A DNA stretch of 64,000 bases from the NCBI RefSeq assembly GCF_009914755.1, contig NC_060925.1, one strand, 5' to 3'. The DNA is from the human T2T-CHM13v2.0 reference genome, Homo sapiens. The translations under genes and the position numbers were made by a program. Numbering within the stretch: the stretch's first letter is position 1; the number at the start of each line of letters is the position of its first letter. Below the pieces are notes generated by a model. It ran no database searches. It saw only the letters and a program-made list of their open reading frames with translations, and was not told the DNA's origin. Shown one piece after another: positions 45,593 through 59,083 of the stretch.

Positions 45593-45899
45593 GTGCACCC
45601 TTCTCTCTGTATTATTTTTCTCGGACAATTAAAATATAATTGACTCACGAGAGAGATAACAAGCTCTAGAAATTGGGGACCCATTTTCTCTTATTTTCAA
45701 TTTGCTTGTGAGTGCTAACATTTCAACCTGAAAACAAGGTAACTTTTATAGAGAAAATGCATTGGTGGTACCACTCTAAAAGCCAAGGCCTTCTCATTGG
45801 TCAACACAGAGTAGAAAAAACATAACCTGGAGGAAGAAAGGTCAAGGAGCTCTTGCTTGACTTGATCACTGGTGGGCTATGTGAACTTTCTTTTATTTG

Positions 45900-46920
45900 G
45901 TTATTCATTCATTCCTTTAAAAAGTATTTTACTTTTTATGAATTGTATTTCATGCCAATTACTAAAGATTACAAATATGAATGAGCTTGTCCATAAGAAA
46001 TTTATATATCAACATGGGCAGGGGAAAAATCAGTAATGCAATAAAGGGTCAGTTGCCAAGAATACACAGGATGGAGTCAGGGTATAAAACAAGAGGGTGT
46101 AAAACACTCTTATAAAACAAGAGTGGCCCATCTTCTTAAGAAGAAAGCATCAGGAGAGCTGAAAAGAAGAGGCAATATATGCATGAAGTTTAAAGATAAG
46201 TGAGCTATATCAACTAGCAGGGTGTGGGTGGCAAGGGGAAGACACCCTGGCCACATCTTGGCTAAGTTACAGAGTCATGCAGTGATGGCAGGGTGCCTTC
46301 TGAAGACACCAAGATGGCTCTTGGTAGGTTGTACGAAGATGGGGAGCTCACCAGAGGCCAGGTTAGAGAGGATATCATGTTCCCTGTTTAAGAGTTTGAA
46401 CTTTACTCTACAGATGAAGGGGACTGAAAGACATGGCTGAATTTATGCTTTTAGAAAGATGGCTGAATAATGTAGAGTCAAGCTAAGAGTGGTTTAAGGG
46501 TTTGCTCTTGGAAAGAAGAATGGAAAACGCAGAGGAGAAGTGAAAGGGGAGGAATTAGCAGAGTAAGTCACTGCTTGGATGTTGGGGTTAGGGGAAGGGA
46601 AGACATGTGGACAACCCCAGAAGGCTAGGTCAAGGTTTATGCTAGAGAGGAAACACAGCCTGGAGGAGCAAGATTGGCTGAGGGAGCAGAGGTCTGGATA
46701 TGCTGAGTTTGACATCCACATTGGATTGTCAGATAGGAAAATTTAAACGGACCTTTCAGACATTTAAATGGACATGTCAGAAGTGCATAGGAAAATTCTT
46801 GTCTAAAGGCATGCACAAGTGATGGTAAGTGGAAGCCATGGTCATGGGGATGGACGAATCTACCTATGAGTGTGCAGTATGTAAAGATGAGGACCCCAGG
46901 ATGATAGCAGGGACAACACT
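45900..46920 (-). mobile_element. L2 relic
   Basis: attcattcattc 3' tail, taagagtttgaactttactct..., atgctgagtttgacatcc. Confidence 0.6.
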
Positions 46921-49814
46921 ATCTGTTAAGGGAAAGGCTTCTCTGGACCTGAGTTTCCTCCTCTATTAAATGAGAGGGATGGGCTCCATGCTTTCTTAGG
47001 CTCCTTTCACCTCTAAAATGTCTCATTCCATGCTCTTTTATTTGGCTCCAGTTTTCACTCCCATGGCTCTCTTTTCTTTCTTCCACCTTTGTTATTTTTG
47101 GAAAAAGCTGTTTGAAGCTTAAGCTCTTCTGAAGTAGCCCCTTGATCTTTCTGTCATAAGGACACTCACACAAAGGGTACAGCATGGAGACTTTGCAGAA
47201 GAAGAAAAGGCAAGTGAGAATCAGGGCAGGTCTCAGCGCCAGGATGTGGCCCTTCGCATGCCTTCAAAGAAGCCACAATAGCATGGATTTCCCTCCCACT
47301 CCTCAGTTGTTCAGGGGAGATGTTTTTGATACAAACCAGAAGAATAACACTGGCCCCTTGCATTAAATACTCCTGGCTTCCCTGTAATACTCTCCTTCCC
47401 TATGCTGGAGGGAGCTCTGCCGCCATAGATTATGCCTAAGGTATTGGTAGCTCATTACTTGCTAGTAGATTTAAAAATTACTAGGATCATAAAATTTTCA
47501 TGGGCTATATCTCCATTTGTCATTTTACCCACTCATTTCCTTATCAATGCACAATATTTCCTATTTTTCTACATCCTGTCTGCATAAGGCACATGTGGAT
47601 GTTCTCTGTAGAAAATACACCCAAATTCCTATTAAACCCAAGATAAAAGAGACAAAATTCAATTTATTTTTTGTATACTGTCAGTTTCTCATTAGCCTTG
47701 ACTTCTTAAGCCCTCGGGTTATGGACCAGTGCTTATTTTCATGGCTGCATTACTAGATTTTATTACATTTGTACCGAGAGGCAAGATAGTCTCATTTTAT
47801 ATCTGGAGAAATAGGTTTAGTGACCTGGTGACAGCAACTGGCCATGGATCAGTATATTTTCCTCATTATGTGAGTCTAGGGCCATATGTTTTTGGTTGTC
47901 TGGGCAGAGTATAAAACCCACTGCTCGTCACACACAAATTCAACACTAGTGATCTATCGCCCTCTTTCTGGAACCACCCAACATCAGGAGATGATGGTCC
48001 TCAGGATTACAATTCTGGAAGGGAATTTGCTGTTCTGAAAGCAACATTCTTTTCTCTGTGCCAAATCAGGTCATGCGCCATTGAGAAAAAAAAATGCTTC
48101 ATCTCATCTTTAAAAATAAAAATGTTGATTTTAGGCTTTGGAAGTTAAGAATTCCAAGTATGAAGTCAGAAATTAAAGAAATTGCAGCAACTGGGGCTTT
48201 CCCTCTATAAAGCTGTGACTAAGCATTAGGTTTCTAACCCCTGGAATAAAATACTTTTCCTCTTATAAAGGACCTTTACACAACAGGCAAGCAATAGAAA
48301 AATCTTTTCATCCTCTTTTGTAAGGATAATGGAATTCAACAAAGTACCCAAAATCCTGAATTGTCAACACACTCTCATAAGTGGACAACTACTCTCAGTG
48401 GTAACCACCTGGGGTCAGGAGATCAAAATTATAGATTAAATATAGAACTGCCAGGAAGTCCTAACACCACCTGGCCCAAACTCCTGCAGAAAGCACTTCT
48501 GCCTTTCAGAGAGAGTCAGAGGTCTCTAGGGATAGACGTTCTACATCCTCCTCCAAATCCTTTTCTGCAGCATATTTATCCTAACTTACTAAGATATTTT
48601 TCTTCTTTTGTCAGAGTAAATTCTCCCTTGCTGTCATTTAAGCCTGTTCCTTCTGGCATTGTCTTCTGTGGAGATGGAAAATAACAAGTTTGGAGGCTCC
48701 TTATAATATCTGCAAATACATGACCACCTCCCTTTGCAGTGCCATCCGCCTCTGACTCCAAGGCACAGTGCTGCTCCAGCTCCCTACTAAGTAGGAGTTA
48801 AATTCTCAGAGCCATACTTCCAAAACTCCATCATGGAGTGAGTGCTTGCAGGTACCACAGTTCGGACTTGGGAGGAAAGAAAGGCAAATGGCCACACTGA
48901 ACAAGGGCAAGAGACCCATCTAGTTTTGCTTTACCATGACCCCAGCCCCTACATGTCTCCCACCAAAGGCAGAAGGCTGCTATGTGAGCTCTAGGGGTTT
49001 ATGTACCTTCCCAATCACAGAGGTGCCAACGAGTGTGTCCCCCCACAAAGAGAAAATCTCCAGAGTGGATATATTCTGAGCCTAATTATTGCCTTCATAA
49101 CTCAAACCTATTATCCCAATCCAGATCTATCTATAAAAAAGGTGAACTCTGTTAACTTCCTTGTTTTTGACTTCAAGATTTTTTCATTTCTTCACTTTTC
49201 ATTTCATACTCTTTCCATCTTAGAGGGAAATCTATTTATTTCCATGGTTAACCCCTCTACCTGTGCCCTTGACCCCCTCCCTCACTTGCTACCTCCCGTG
49301 ATTTTGCTCTATTTTTGTGTCTCTTTCAACTTCAATCTCTCTTTCCACTCTTTCTCACGGCTTGGTCTAAAATAATGATAAAAGTAATTCCCACCCCATC
49401 TCCTTACAAAATACTTTTGACCTTAATTTTAGCTTTTCTTACTGCCTTCTTTTTTTTTTCATCAATTGTCCAACCCTTAAAACATAAGCTTGTGAATTTG
49501 TTTTTTCTCTTCATGTTCCCATTCACTTCTTAACCCACTGACATCTGTTTCTGCCTCAAACAATGTAGGGTGTGAAAAGAAGGGCATTGGCGTAAGATAC
49601 TGTGAACTTCTAACTGGACCAAGAGCCTGCTGAAGACATGGGTTGAGCACAACAAGTGAATGTTAAGGAATGGAGAAATGAACCCAGGAAAGGAATGGAA
49701 TAACAGAAGGAAAGCATAAGAAATGAGACTTACTAAATGGCTGGTACTAGTCCATACCAGACACTATGTTAGGTGTTATAAATACTTGTCTCACTTGATT
49801 ACAGATGACATTTG

Positions 49815-49935
49815 TTCCGAATTCAGCTCTGCTCCTAATCATCTAAATATCATTTAGCTTTTCTGGACCCTAGTTTCTTACCTATAAAACAAAGTAATTG
49901 GACTAAAGGATTTCTAGTGCTTCCTGACAACTAAA
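49815..49935 (+). mobile_element. MIR-family core fragment
   Basis: tcatttagcttttctggaccctagtttcttacctataaaacaaag...ggactaaag. Confidence 0.55.
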
Positions 49936-50139
49936 GAGATGAAGGAAAAGTATCTGGTTGTATATGTTGGAGTAGACGTTAGAAAAAAAATAGCCCCATG
50001 GTTTCTAGAGCATTTTTATTTTAAACCTGACAAGGATCCTTATATTTTGTCTTCCTGTTTACCCAGCGTTTATTGGGTAAGGATTCATGTTTTTATCTCT
50101 TTTTATTCAAAGACATATATAACTGGATCCCCTATGGTC

Positions 50140-50395
50140 CAGTGACAAGATCATCTATTTGAAGCTAGGTAGCATGAGTTTAAACCCCACTTTGCCACTT
50201 ACTGGCCATATGACCCTGGGCAGGTTCCTTGATGATCTGAGTGAACCTCAGATCTCTCACTTGGCAAAATGCAGCCCAGGTGGTAACATGCACCTGCACA
50301 ACCCCTGCCTGCCAGGGTTGTTGTCAGTTGGCCAGAATAATGCATCAATGGCCTTGTTCACACAATTGTTGGCACAGAGGAAGCATGCGTACATG
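50140..50395 (+). mobile_element. MIR relic
   Basis: tgccacttactggccatatgaccctgggcaggttcctt...tgaacctcagatctctcacttggcaaaatg. Confidence 0.7.
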
Positions 50396-51064
50396 TGTGG
50401 TTCCCTGGTTTTCTCCTTTTCTCTTTCTTCATGAGCGTGGGCATTGTCTTCGCCAGGTTCGTACTTTCTTGGAGGCTCCTAGGTAGGCTAGTGCCTTTTG
50501 TGGGAACTACAGACCTACACCAACCTCCTCATTATAGGATGACATAACAGAGTTTAGACACATGTCCAAGTCCATTGGGTTAGTGGCAAGGTCAAAATTA
50601 GAAATTAAGTTGTTGAACTCTTCATGGGGTTCTCATTCAAGCTCTCCACAATGCTCCTGGAAAGGGGTCTGCAGAGCCCATTTTATGTTCCCTGTGGGCC
50701 CTCAGAAAGGAAAAAGTGCTTCAAACTCAATAATTATGATCTGATCCAGGATTTCTCTGCGCTATTGGAATTGCTGGATGTCCTGGTCTTTTATAATAGC
50801 AGAGAAGCCCTCTCTCTCCCCACCCCACCACCCACCCCCACCTGCTGCCTTTCCCTAGTGAGCTTCTTTCCTCTTTCTTGTCTCTCTAGTGGCACTTTCT
50901 CTGTAGTGTCATGAATCCATTTAAAAAAACTCCTTTTTTCACCTTTTAACTTTCTTCTCATTGTCAACTAGTGTTAGACATAAACTCAAGTTTCTGAAGA
51001 AGAAAAAAAATAGCAATAATCCCAAACTAAACAAATAAACCAAACAACATCAACAATTAAAGTT

Positions 51065-51490
51065 TAAACATATATTTATTGTGGAAAATAATTAGCCTAA
51101 AAATGTTCCTCTTTGGGTTAAACTAGCAGATGCTAGAATCCATTTAGATGCTCAGCAGAAGGGATGGATAAATGATGTTATGCACATATGATGGAATACT
51201 ACGTAATACTAAATGCCAAAAACCATCACATGTTTCAAAGAACATTTAATGACATGACAAATCACTCACAAAATAGAGTCAAATGATTTTTTAAAAAACT
51301 TTTTTAAAATGTGCAAAATATGAGCTCAGTTTTTTAAAAAGAAATTATATATGCATAGAAAATTGGCAGAATAATGTTTATAGTTTGTTTCTAGAAAATA
51401 GATTTGTGGGTGATTTAAAAATTCTTCTCTATATTTTTCTGCTTTTTTCTAATTGTTCCATGTTCAATAAATAGTTTGTAATGAAGAGGA
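51065..51490 (+). mobile_element. Old L1 (L1ME-like) 3' fragment
   Basis: gggatggataaatgatgttatgcacatatgatggaatactac..., AT-rich. Confidence 0.55.
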
Positions 51491-54400
51491 AATAATAGTT
51501 TTAATTTTGAGAATATACATTGTTAAGTATCTTTTATGATAACTAATATGCATACTTTGGGTGTTTTGTTTGTCAAACTCAGAAAGTTATTTGCATGGAT
51601 ACAGACTATCATAGCTACAGAGAACTAGAAAACGGCATCTATTCTCAAACTTTTTTTTTAGAATTTTTTCTAAAGAAACCTTACAGAGATGCTTACTATA
51701 TCAACAAAGATAAAGAGCTGTTCTCCTCCTGGCAGGGATAATGGGCACTGAGTCCTAACATGCCCCTTCCTCCTGGCAGCTGAAGCATGTTAGTGAAATC
51801 CTTTGGACTCTGAAGAACATAATTTGCAAAGATCCTGATCTGGTACAATACCTCCATGACACAGATGATGAAGGGTCAGGCACCAAGAAGCACCGTGACT
51901 TGTGTAAAGAAAGCAGGTTTCCTGGCCATGCCTAAACAGAAAACCCTAGTTTTCAAACCCCTAAGTTGGTTGCATTAGAAACTTGCCTAAATGTGGAAAT
52001 CGTCTTTCAGTGACATTCTGGAGATCCAAAACCAGTAACAGTACCTGTGATGCTGACCATGAATAGCCATCCTCAGCAGAGTGCTCAGCAAGCCATATGC
52101 TGAATTCTGCCCGTTCAGCAAGAGCCTGAACATTATTTATTATTCAGAGGTGACCATGGCCTCCTTTACAACCTTCATACTTTGTGAATCTCCTCTAATC
52201 CCCACCTCCACCCTCAGGCTGCCTAGGTTTACAAGAAATACTAGTAAATCCTTTCCCCTGGTTGCAATGAATCAATGTCCCCGTAGTCTGCTAGTCCGCA
52301 ACCGTGTTTCACGCAGACCAACTTTTGGATGGAAGCATAAAACCCCAAATCTTGCTGAAGCTATTCAGAGAGCCCAAGGTGCTTGTGGGAGTTGGGGAGT
52401 GTTAATCCCCACTTGTGAGGCCGGCTCCTACTCTGGTAATTACATTTTGCCTTGAAAAAGCGTCCCCGCTGCTGCTGTTAGATGCAGTCTTCATTTTCAC
52501 CTCACTGAGTGAAGTTCGGAGTTAAGGTCTCTCTGAGGGTGGCTTGCTGACACCGGAGGCTGCTTCATTCAGGAGATGGCTGCATTTCAGCACCAGCTCA
52601 GTTGAGCTCTACGTCCTGGGATTTACTGAGCTGTTTGCAAAGAGCTTTGGATTAATGAAGTTGTGTACCTGTAAGGTATTATCATCACCTAATCTTTTTC
52701 TACCTTCAACTCCGGTGATAGTGATGGGGAACCAACTTCATGTGCCTCAGAGTTTCCATTTAGTGTAGGCCTAAAGGCTTAGATTTTGAAAATATATCTG
52801 AATGCCTCAGATGTGACAGAATTGGACTGGAAATCCATTTAAGCACCTAAAGAGAATGGAAGATTTCCCACCTTACACGTGGGGATGCTTGCGTGCCTGT
52901 CGCCTCGGCTACCTTGGTGAAGCCAGACCAAAGTTCCATTGCCAGAGTTGAATAATATTCACTCCTAAGGTGCCCAGCCAAGCTCTCTTGGTGCTCTGCA
53001 TTCCACAAAAGGGGAAATCGAGGCAGTTTACTTAAGCTGGGAAATCAGGCCAATAATCCAAAGACATACAGGGGTTGAAATAGCCCTGACATTCACCATG
53101 TGCCCGACTGGATACTTCCCTGAATGTGGCTAGCGTCATCCTCAGTAACAACAAAGAAGGCAAAATGTTCACAAGGGAAAAACACACTTTTTTTGTGAGT
53201 TATCAACAACCAAGAGATGCTACTTAAACGTTTTTGAAAAATCCTACCCTCTTTTGATAGAATACTACTTTAAAAATTATATTAAATATATTTAAAAACA
53301 TGGCATGCTCATTCTAAGAAGGCACACAGCCCAGAGGATTTTGAAGCAAAATTTCTGCCCCTCTGCCTTCCAGTCGTACTCCCAGAATAAACTAATATTC
53401 AAGCTTGAAACATATCTTTACAGTGCTTTTTCCAATTCATATAAATATATGCAAACACATATGGAGTTTTCTTTGCTCTCTTCTTTCCTCCCTTCCTTTT
53501 CTTTCTTCCTTCTTTCCTCAATAAAACAGGGTATTAAAAATACCAAAATGCTTTCCTTAAGGTTAATAACAGTAATATTCATCTGATATGAACTACTTCA
53601 CCTGGCTCGGGGGCAGGGAAAGTCATATCCCTACTCGTATTTCTCCTCTCTCTCTTCCCAGCACACTCCTCCCCTTTATGAGCAGGACAATGGCAGACAA
53701 AGGTGGTGAGCAAGCAAGAGAGGACGCTGATTTTTCTTGGCTATATAACTAGCTACAGCCAGTTATTTGCCTCAAAAGCAGAGGAGGTGACCCAGAAGCT
53801 GACGCCCTAATCTCATCAATGTGCAGGCATGGAGCAGGCTGAGCTCTGTGATGTATCAGATGCCAAGAGTCTTTCTGCTCAGCAAGGAGCTCACGATAGA
53901 GGGTAGTCCCTGCAAGCCCCTTGAGAGTGTCTGGATTATTTTTGAAAGAGGCCAGATTTGAACTTTCTAATAACAAAAGCTCCTGTGAGGGGAAATTAAA
54001 GCCATTGTTATTATTTGGTTAATGTATTAATCTCTGACTCATAGCTATAACTTGAGGGGGAGGGAGAGAAATAGAAAAAGAGAGAGAGAGACGCACTGGG
54101 ACATCATACCCTGAAAATGTTTGCGACAAATAAGATCAACGTTTGCTTCTCAACTCTCAGTCCAGTTCACCAAAAACTAGAAACCTTATGCCAGCCAGGG
54201 TACACATGTTTGCACACTCATGCCATCCTTTCTCTCGCACACCCACTGCTCACACCCAGACAAATGCATGAAGGGCTGTTTTGTCTTTGTCCCCATTCTA
54301 AGGCCTCCTCCCGCACTGCCCCAGCCCCTAGCCTGCCCACCACCTGCACGTCACCCTCCCTTAAGTACTGTCAGGCATGCTGGGTCCTCTGGGTTCTTTC

Positions 54401-54633
54401 TCAACCCTACAAACTCCATCAAAATGGACTCTTAGCAAAGGGCTTGGCAATAGAGACACGAAAATAGAAATGAGAAGTCACTGACATTGGTCACCTTTTC
54501 TAGAGGTATGATCAGTCAGAGGTCTAGCAGTTTTTACTTCAATTAATAAAATAGGGCATCCTCTTCGGTTCCAACATCAAAACCATCAGTTGTCAATATG
54601 TTAATCTGGCCTTACTCACATGAACCTACATGT

Positions 54634-54671
54634 ACACACATGTAAAACACACACACAACACACACACACAC
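54634..54671 (+). repeat. Imperfect (CA)n microsatellite
   Basis: acacacatgtaaaacacacacacaacacacacacacac. Confidence 0.85.
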
Positions 54672-56177
54672 CCCCCTCAATCAGTGCCACCGTCATCAAT
54701 ACCATACAAAATAATATAAAACAAAGACCCTAGCAATTTAGAAAGGTACAATTTATATACAATTATATTGATAATCTTTGTAATTCAATTTTTACGAGAG
54801 CCAACCACCACAATATGATAATATCCTGGAATGAGGGATCTCACAGACCAGCAATCAGTTACCCACACACAGTACCCTGTTTATCTAGTATAGAGATTCA
54901 CTGTATTTCTTACTGTCTGTCTTCCCTAATTTGAAAGATCCTTAACATTAATTGAGCATATGCAACATGCTAGACATAGCTATAGCTTTACAAACATTAT
55001 ATCATTTAATCCTTAAAATAACTCCTTGGTATTGATATTCTTATTATCCCTTTTATACTGTGAGCTTCCTAAAGAACAAGATCCATGAGAGAGCCTTATG
55101 TTTCCAGTCTCTGGTAGAGTGTCTAATGGATAAATAAACCATCAGAATTGCTTGGCAGATAATTAGCATCATAATGAAAGCTTAAAACTAGAAAAGATTG
55201 CAAAGATCATATAGACCCAATACCCATTTGATAATAAATTCCACCTAAATGGTCATTAACCTTGTGCTAACATAGCTCAGCTGACTCTCCACATTTGGAT
55301 GAAGGCCACACATCTACAGAGAGCTCAGTTGAAATGCTCTCTACATTGAGTCAAAGTACCTCTTCTCTGAGGCTTCAATGTGTAAATTCCTTGTTCTACT
55401 CATTTTTCCTTTCCCATGTCTATAAGAAAACCTTCAAATATTTGAAGTCAACTCCCAAGGCTCCCACATTTTTTTCTCATCAAATAAAACTAGTTCATTC
55501 CGTTGTTCCTTGTCTTTCAACATGCTTTGGGATTCCTTTACCATTCTGTCTACATGACCTTGTTTTCTAGATGGGTGGGGGGCTGGGGGGCTAAACACAA
55601 ATATTTATAAGAAGCTGAAGGGTAACATGCATATGTGAGTCTGGTCCTGCTTGATAACAAAGGAGTGATGAGGCTGGTGAAAGGGGAAGTCCTGCCCCAC
55701 CAAAATGCTTTCAAATGAAAAAAAATAAACTTCTGAAAGCCAAATATGTATTTGGATTAGGTGCATGTACTGAATTAGATGCTTCCTGAAACACAGCAAC
55801 CAGAACTGACCTCAAAAGTCTAGGTGTCATCTGACCAACTCTCAAAAAAGTGATGTTAATTCCTCATTGGAGTAACTATACTCTATTAAATATTGCAAAC
55901 ATTACATTAACCTTTTAGTACGTGACATTCTGTTGACTCACATCAGGCTTCCTGTGAACTAAAGCCTGGAATTATTTTTATAGGGCTGTTATTAGTGGTT
56001 TTTCTTGAATGCAGTTTTAGGATTCCATGTTTATTTTTACTAAATTTTACCTTGTCAGATTCAGCCCATCTTTCCAATCTGTCAAGATTCTTCTGAGTGC
56101 TGACTGTCATCTTTGCTATCCAATGCAAATACTCCCTTTGCTAGCTTCACGTAACTTATAATTATGATAAACATGTC

Positions 56178-57589
56178 TTTTTAATTGAGATATAATTTGC
56201 ATACCATAAAATTTACTCTTTTAAGATGCACAATTCAGTGATTTTTAAAATATTCACAAAGTTGTGCAACTATCACTATTCTCTAATTCTAGAACAGTTC
56301 TATCTCCCCAAAATGAAACACTCCCATTAGCAGTTCCCATCCCCCAGCCCTCCATCCTCTAGCAACCACTAATCAACTTTCTGTCTCTATGTATTTGCCT
56401 ATTATGACATCTCTTATAAATGGAGTTCTATAATATGTTTCTGATTTCTTTCACTTAGCACAGTGTTTTTATGATTCATACATGTTGTAGCACGTATCGG
56501 CACTTCACTTTTATGGCCAAATAATAATACATTGTGTTGATATAACACACTTGTGGATTGTCTCTTTTTTTTAATATTATGAATAATGCTACTATAAAAT
56601 TTTATGTATACTTTTTTTGTGTGAACAGATATTTTCAATTTTCTTGGTTATGTACCTAAAATAAAATGACTGGGTCATATGGTAATTCTATGTTTAACTT
56701 TTTGAAGAAATGCCAATTGTTTTCTGCATCAGCTGAACCACTTTAAATTCCCACCAGCAAGGTACAAGATTTTCAATTTCTCCACATCCTCCACCACATT
56801 TATTATTGTTCCCATTTTTGACTGCACTCACCCTAGAGGCTGTGAAGTTGGAATCTCATTGTGGTTTTGTTTTGCATTTTCTAATGACTAAGGATGTTGA
56901 GCATCTTTTCATCTGCTTGTTGGTCATTTCTGTATCTTCCTTAGAGAAATGTCTGTTCAAATCTTTGACCAATGCTTAACTAGAATACTTGTCTTTTTAT
57001 TGTTGAGTTGTAGGAGTTCTTTATACATACTGACTACAAAACCTTTATCAGATACATGATTTACAAATATTTTCTCCCATACTGTGGGTTGTATTTTTAC
57101 TTTCCTGATGGTGAATTTTGAAGCACAAAAGTTACAAACTTTGACGAAGTCAAATTTACCTAGTTTTCTTTTGTCGCTTTTGCTTTTGGTGTCATATTTA
57201 AGATCCATTGCTTAATCCAAGATCACAGAAATTTACACCTATATTGTCTTCTAATAGTTTCATATTTTTGGCACTTACATTTAGGTGTTTGATCCATTTG
57301 GGGTTCATTTTGGTATATGGCATGGGGTAAAGGTCCAACTTCATTGTTTCCATGTGATAGGCAGTTTGCAGTTGTCCCAGCACTTTTTTTGACAAAATTA
57401 TGATTTCCCTCATTGAATTGTCTTGGCACTCTTGCCAAAAATGAATTGTCTGTAAATATAAGGGTTTACTTCTAGGCTGTAAAGTGATATCTCATTGGGT
57501 TTTTTATTTTAGACATTCAATACTAACCCATTTCTATATATCTGTGCTTATGCTAGTACCACACTGTTTTTATTGCTGTAGCTTTGTAG
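56178..57589 (-). mobile_element. 5'-truncated L1M (L1MB-like): ORF2 C-terminal relic plus 3'UTR
   Basis: ORFs 56957-57208 and 57198-57413 translate to L1 ORF2-like peptides (QPTVWEKIF, KWIKHLNV...KLLEDNIG). 12-bp TSD gataaacatgtc at 56166-56177 and 57590-57601. Confidence 0.9.
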
Positions 57590-57676
57590 GATAAACATGT
57601 CCTTGACTGTTAAAGAAGTTAGTTATAGAAATGCTGAACAAGACGGAACTGAACAGAGAGCTCTGTGCCACGACAC

Positions 57677-57815
57677 TAGAATATAAGCTCCATGAAGTCA
57701 GGGGCTTCATTTCCTTTGGTCACTGTGCATGACCAGTACCTAGAAAAAAGTCTGGTACATGGTAAAGCTCTGAATATATATTTGTTGGCTGACTGAATGA
57801 ATGATTGAATGAAAA
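57677..57815 (+). mobile_element. L2 3'-end fragment
   Basis: tagaatataagctccatgaagtcagggg...gactgaatgaatgattgaatgaa. Confidence 0.7.
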
Positions 57816-59083
57816 ATATAACTAGCATCCCTTTCACATTTCAACCACATAATCTACTTAGTTGGACTAGCATTCTGCCTTCTCCTTTCATCACATCTAG
57901 AAAGCTAGTGCAGAAGGCCTTGCCAAATGCCTTGCTGAAGTCCAAAAGACATTTGTTTTCAGCCTCAGTGTCAGGACACTGTACGTGATATCCATAACGT
58001 TAGAGTCATCAAAAGAATTTGCCCATTTCTGGCACAGGCAGGATTTCACCTGGTAATTTAAGAAGGAAATAGTCTATTACCCATTCCTCTAAAACCATTA
58101 TTTTACCAACCTAAAAAAAATTGCAAAATTCTAGGGCACCCATACTTACTTCATTTGATCGGTCAAAAGGAACAAAAGGGCCACTATCTAGAGACTTAGT
58201 ACTCTGAGGTGTCACTTTTGCCCTTTGTGTAAAAAGGGTAAGCCTGGAAAGCAACAATACAAAATCAGGAAAAAAGATCCTGCACACACCCTCAAGACTG
58301 GCTCTGCCAGGGCTTTTCCTGCTTCTGAACAGGGCCTGGGTGAGTTGAAAAATGACACAGTGTGCACATTTCATCAAAACACAAAAGAAATATCAACAAA
58401 GAAAAGGTTAGATTTCAATCATTTCCCATTGATTAATGATTCAGAGTTTGTTTTTAAAAATTCAGTTGTTCTCTTAATTGTATGTGGAAGAAGACTCTTC
58501 AATTATGTGTGTATACATGGGCCTGTTAGGTCACTGCATTTAATTGAGGGTTTGTGTTTTGGGGCTTATGTTTTGGGTTCAGATCTACATATAAATACTG
58601 ATACTGATGTTGGCTCCCAAGAGCTCCTGGCTTATAGAAATGCCCTGCCAAAATTTCAGGAACTTCCAGGCAACTCCTGCAACTCAGATAATGACTTCAG
58701 CCTCATGTATTAGTGCTGCTTTTATATTAACAAATGATCACCATTGTCATTTCAGATTGCTACACAATTACCACAGATTATCTCATTTAATATTTTCAAA
58801 TGAGATAGATATTATCCTCCACTGTACAGATGATAACATCAAGGCTCACAGACACTAAGAAAATTGTGAATTCATAATTAGAGGAGCCAGGACTCAAACT
58901 CAGATCTGTCTAACACTGAAGTGCATGCTCTTCATCACTGTGCCATCCTGACTCTTAAAAAGAAATAATGCCTCATGAATATGCACAGGGCAGTTTTAAG
59001 TGAAGGGAGGCTGCCTATGCACATGATTGTTTTCTATGTATAATCCAATTGCTCATCTTCCTCCAGTCCCCTGCTTTGGGCTT

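Larger units (their letters stand above)
55180..57950 (-). mobile_element. Fragmented L3/CR1 LINE relic, interrupted by L1 and L2 insertions
   Basis: Minus-strand CR1 ORF2 motifs in order: LDFSKAFGK (57916-57945), a degenerate [21 protein letters not shown] (about 57615-57678), NLDRLERWAESDKVKFSKNK (ORF 55943-56128), LVR*HLDF*GQFW (about 55800-55840). Confidence 0.75.

Noticed and set aside
52586-52606. Full REST/RE1 site
   Set aside because: Only the TTCAGCACC half is present. The GGACAG half is missing.
56957-57438. L1 ORF2-like peptides
   Set aside because: Frameshifted, 5'-truncated relic, not a functional CDS.
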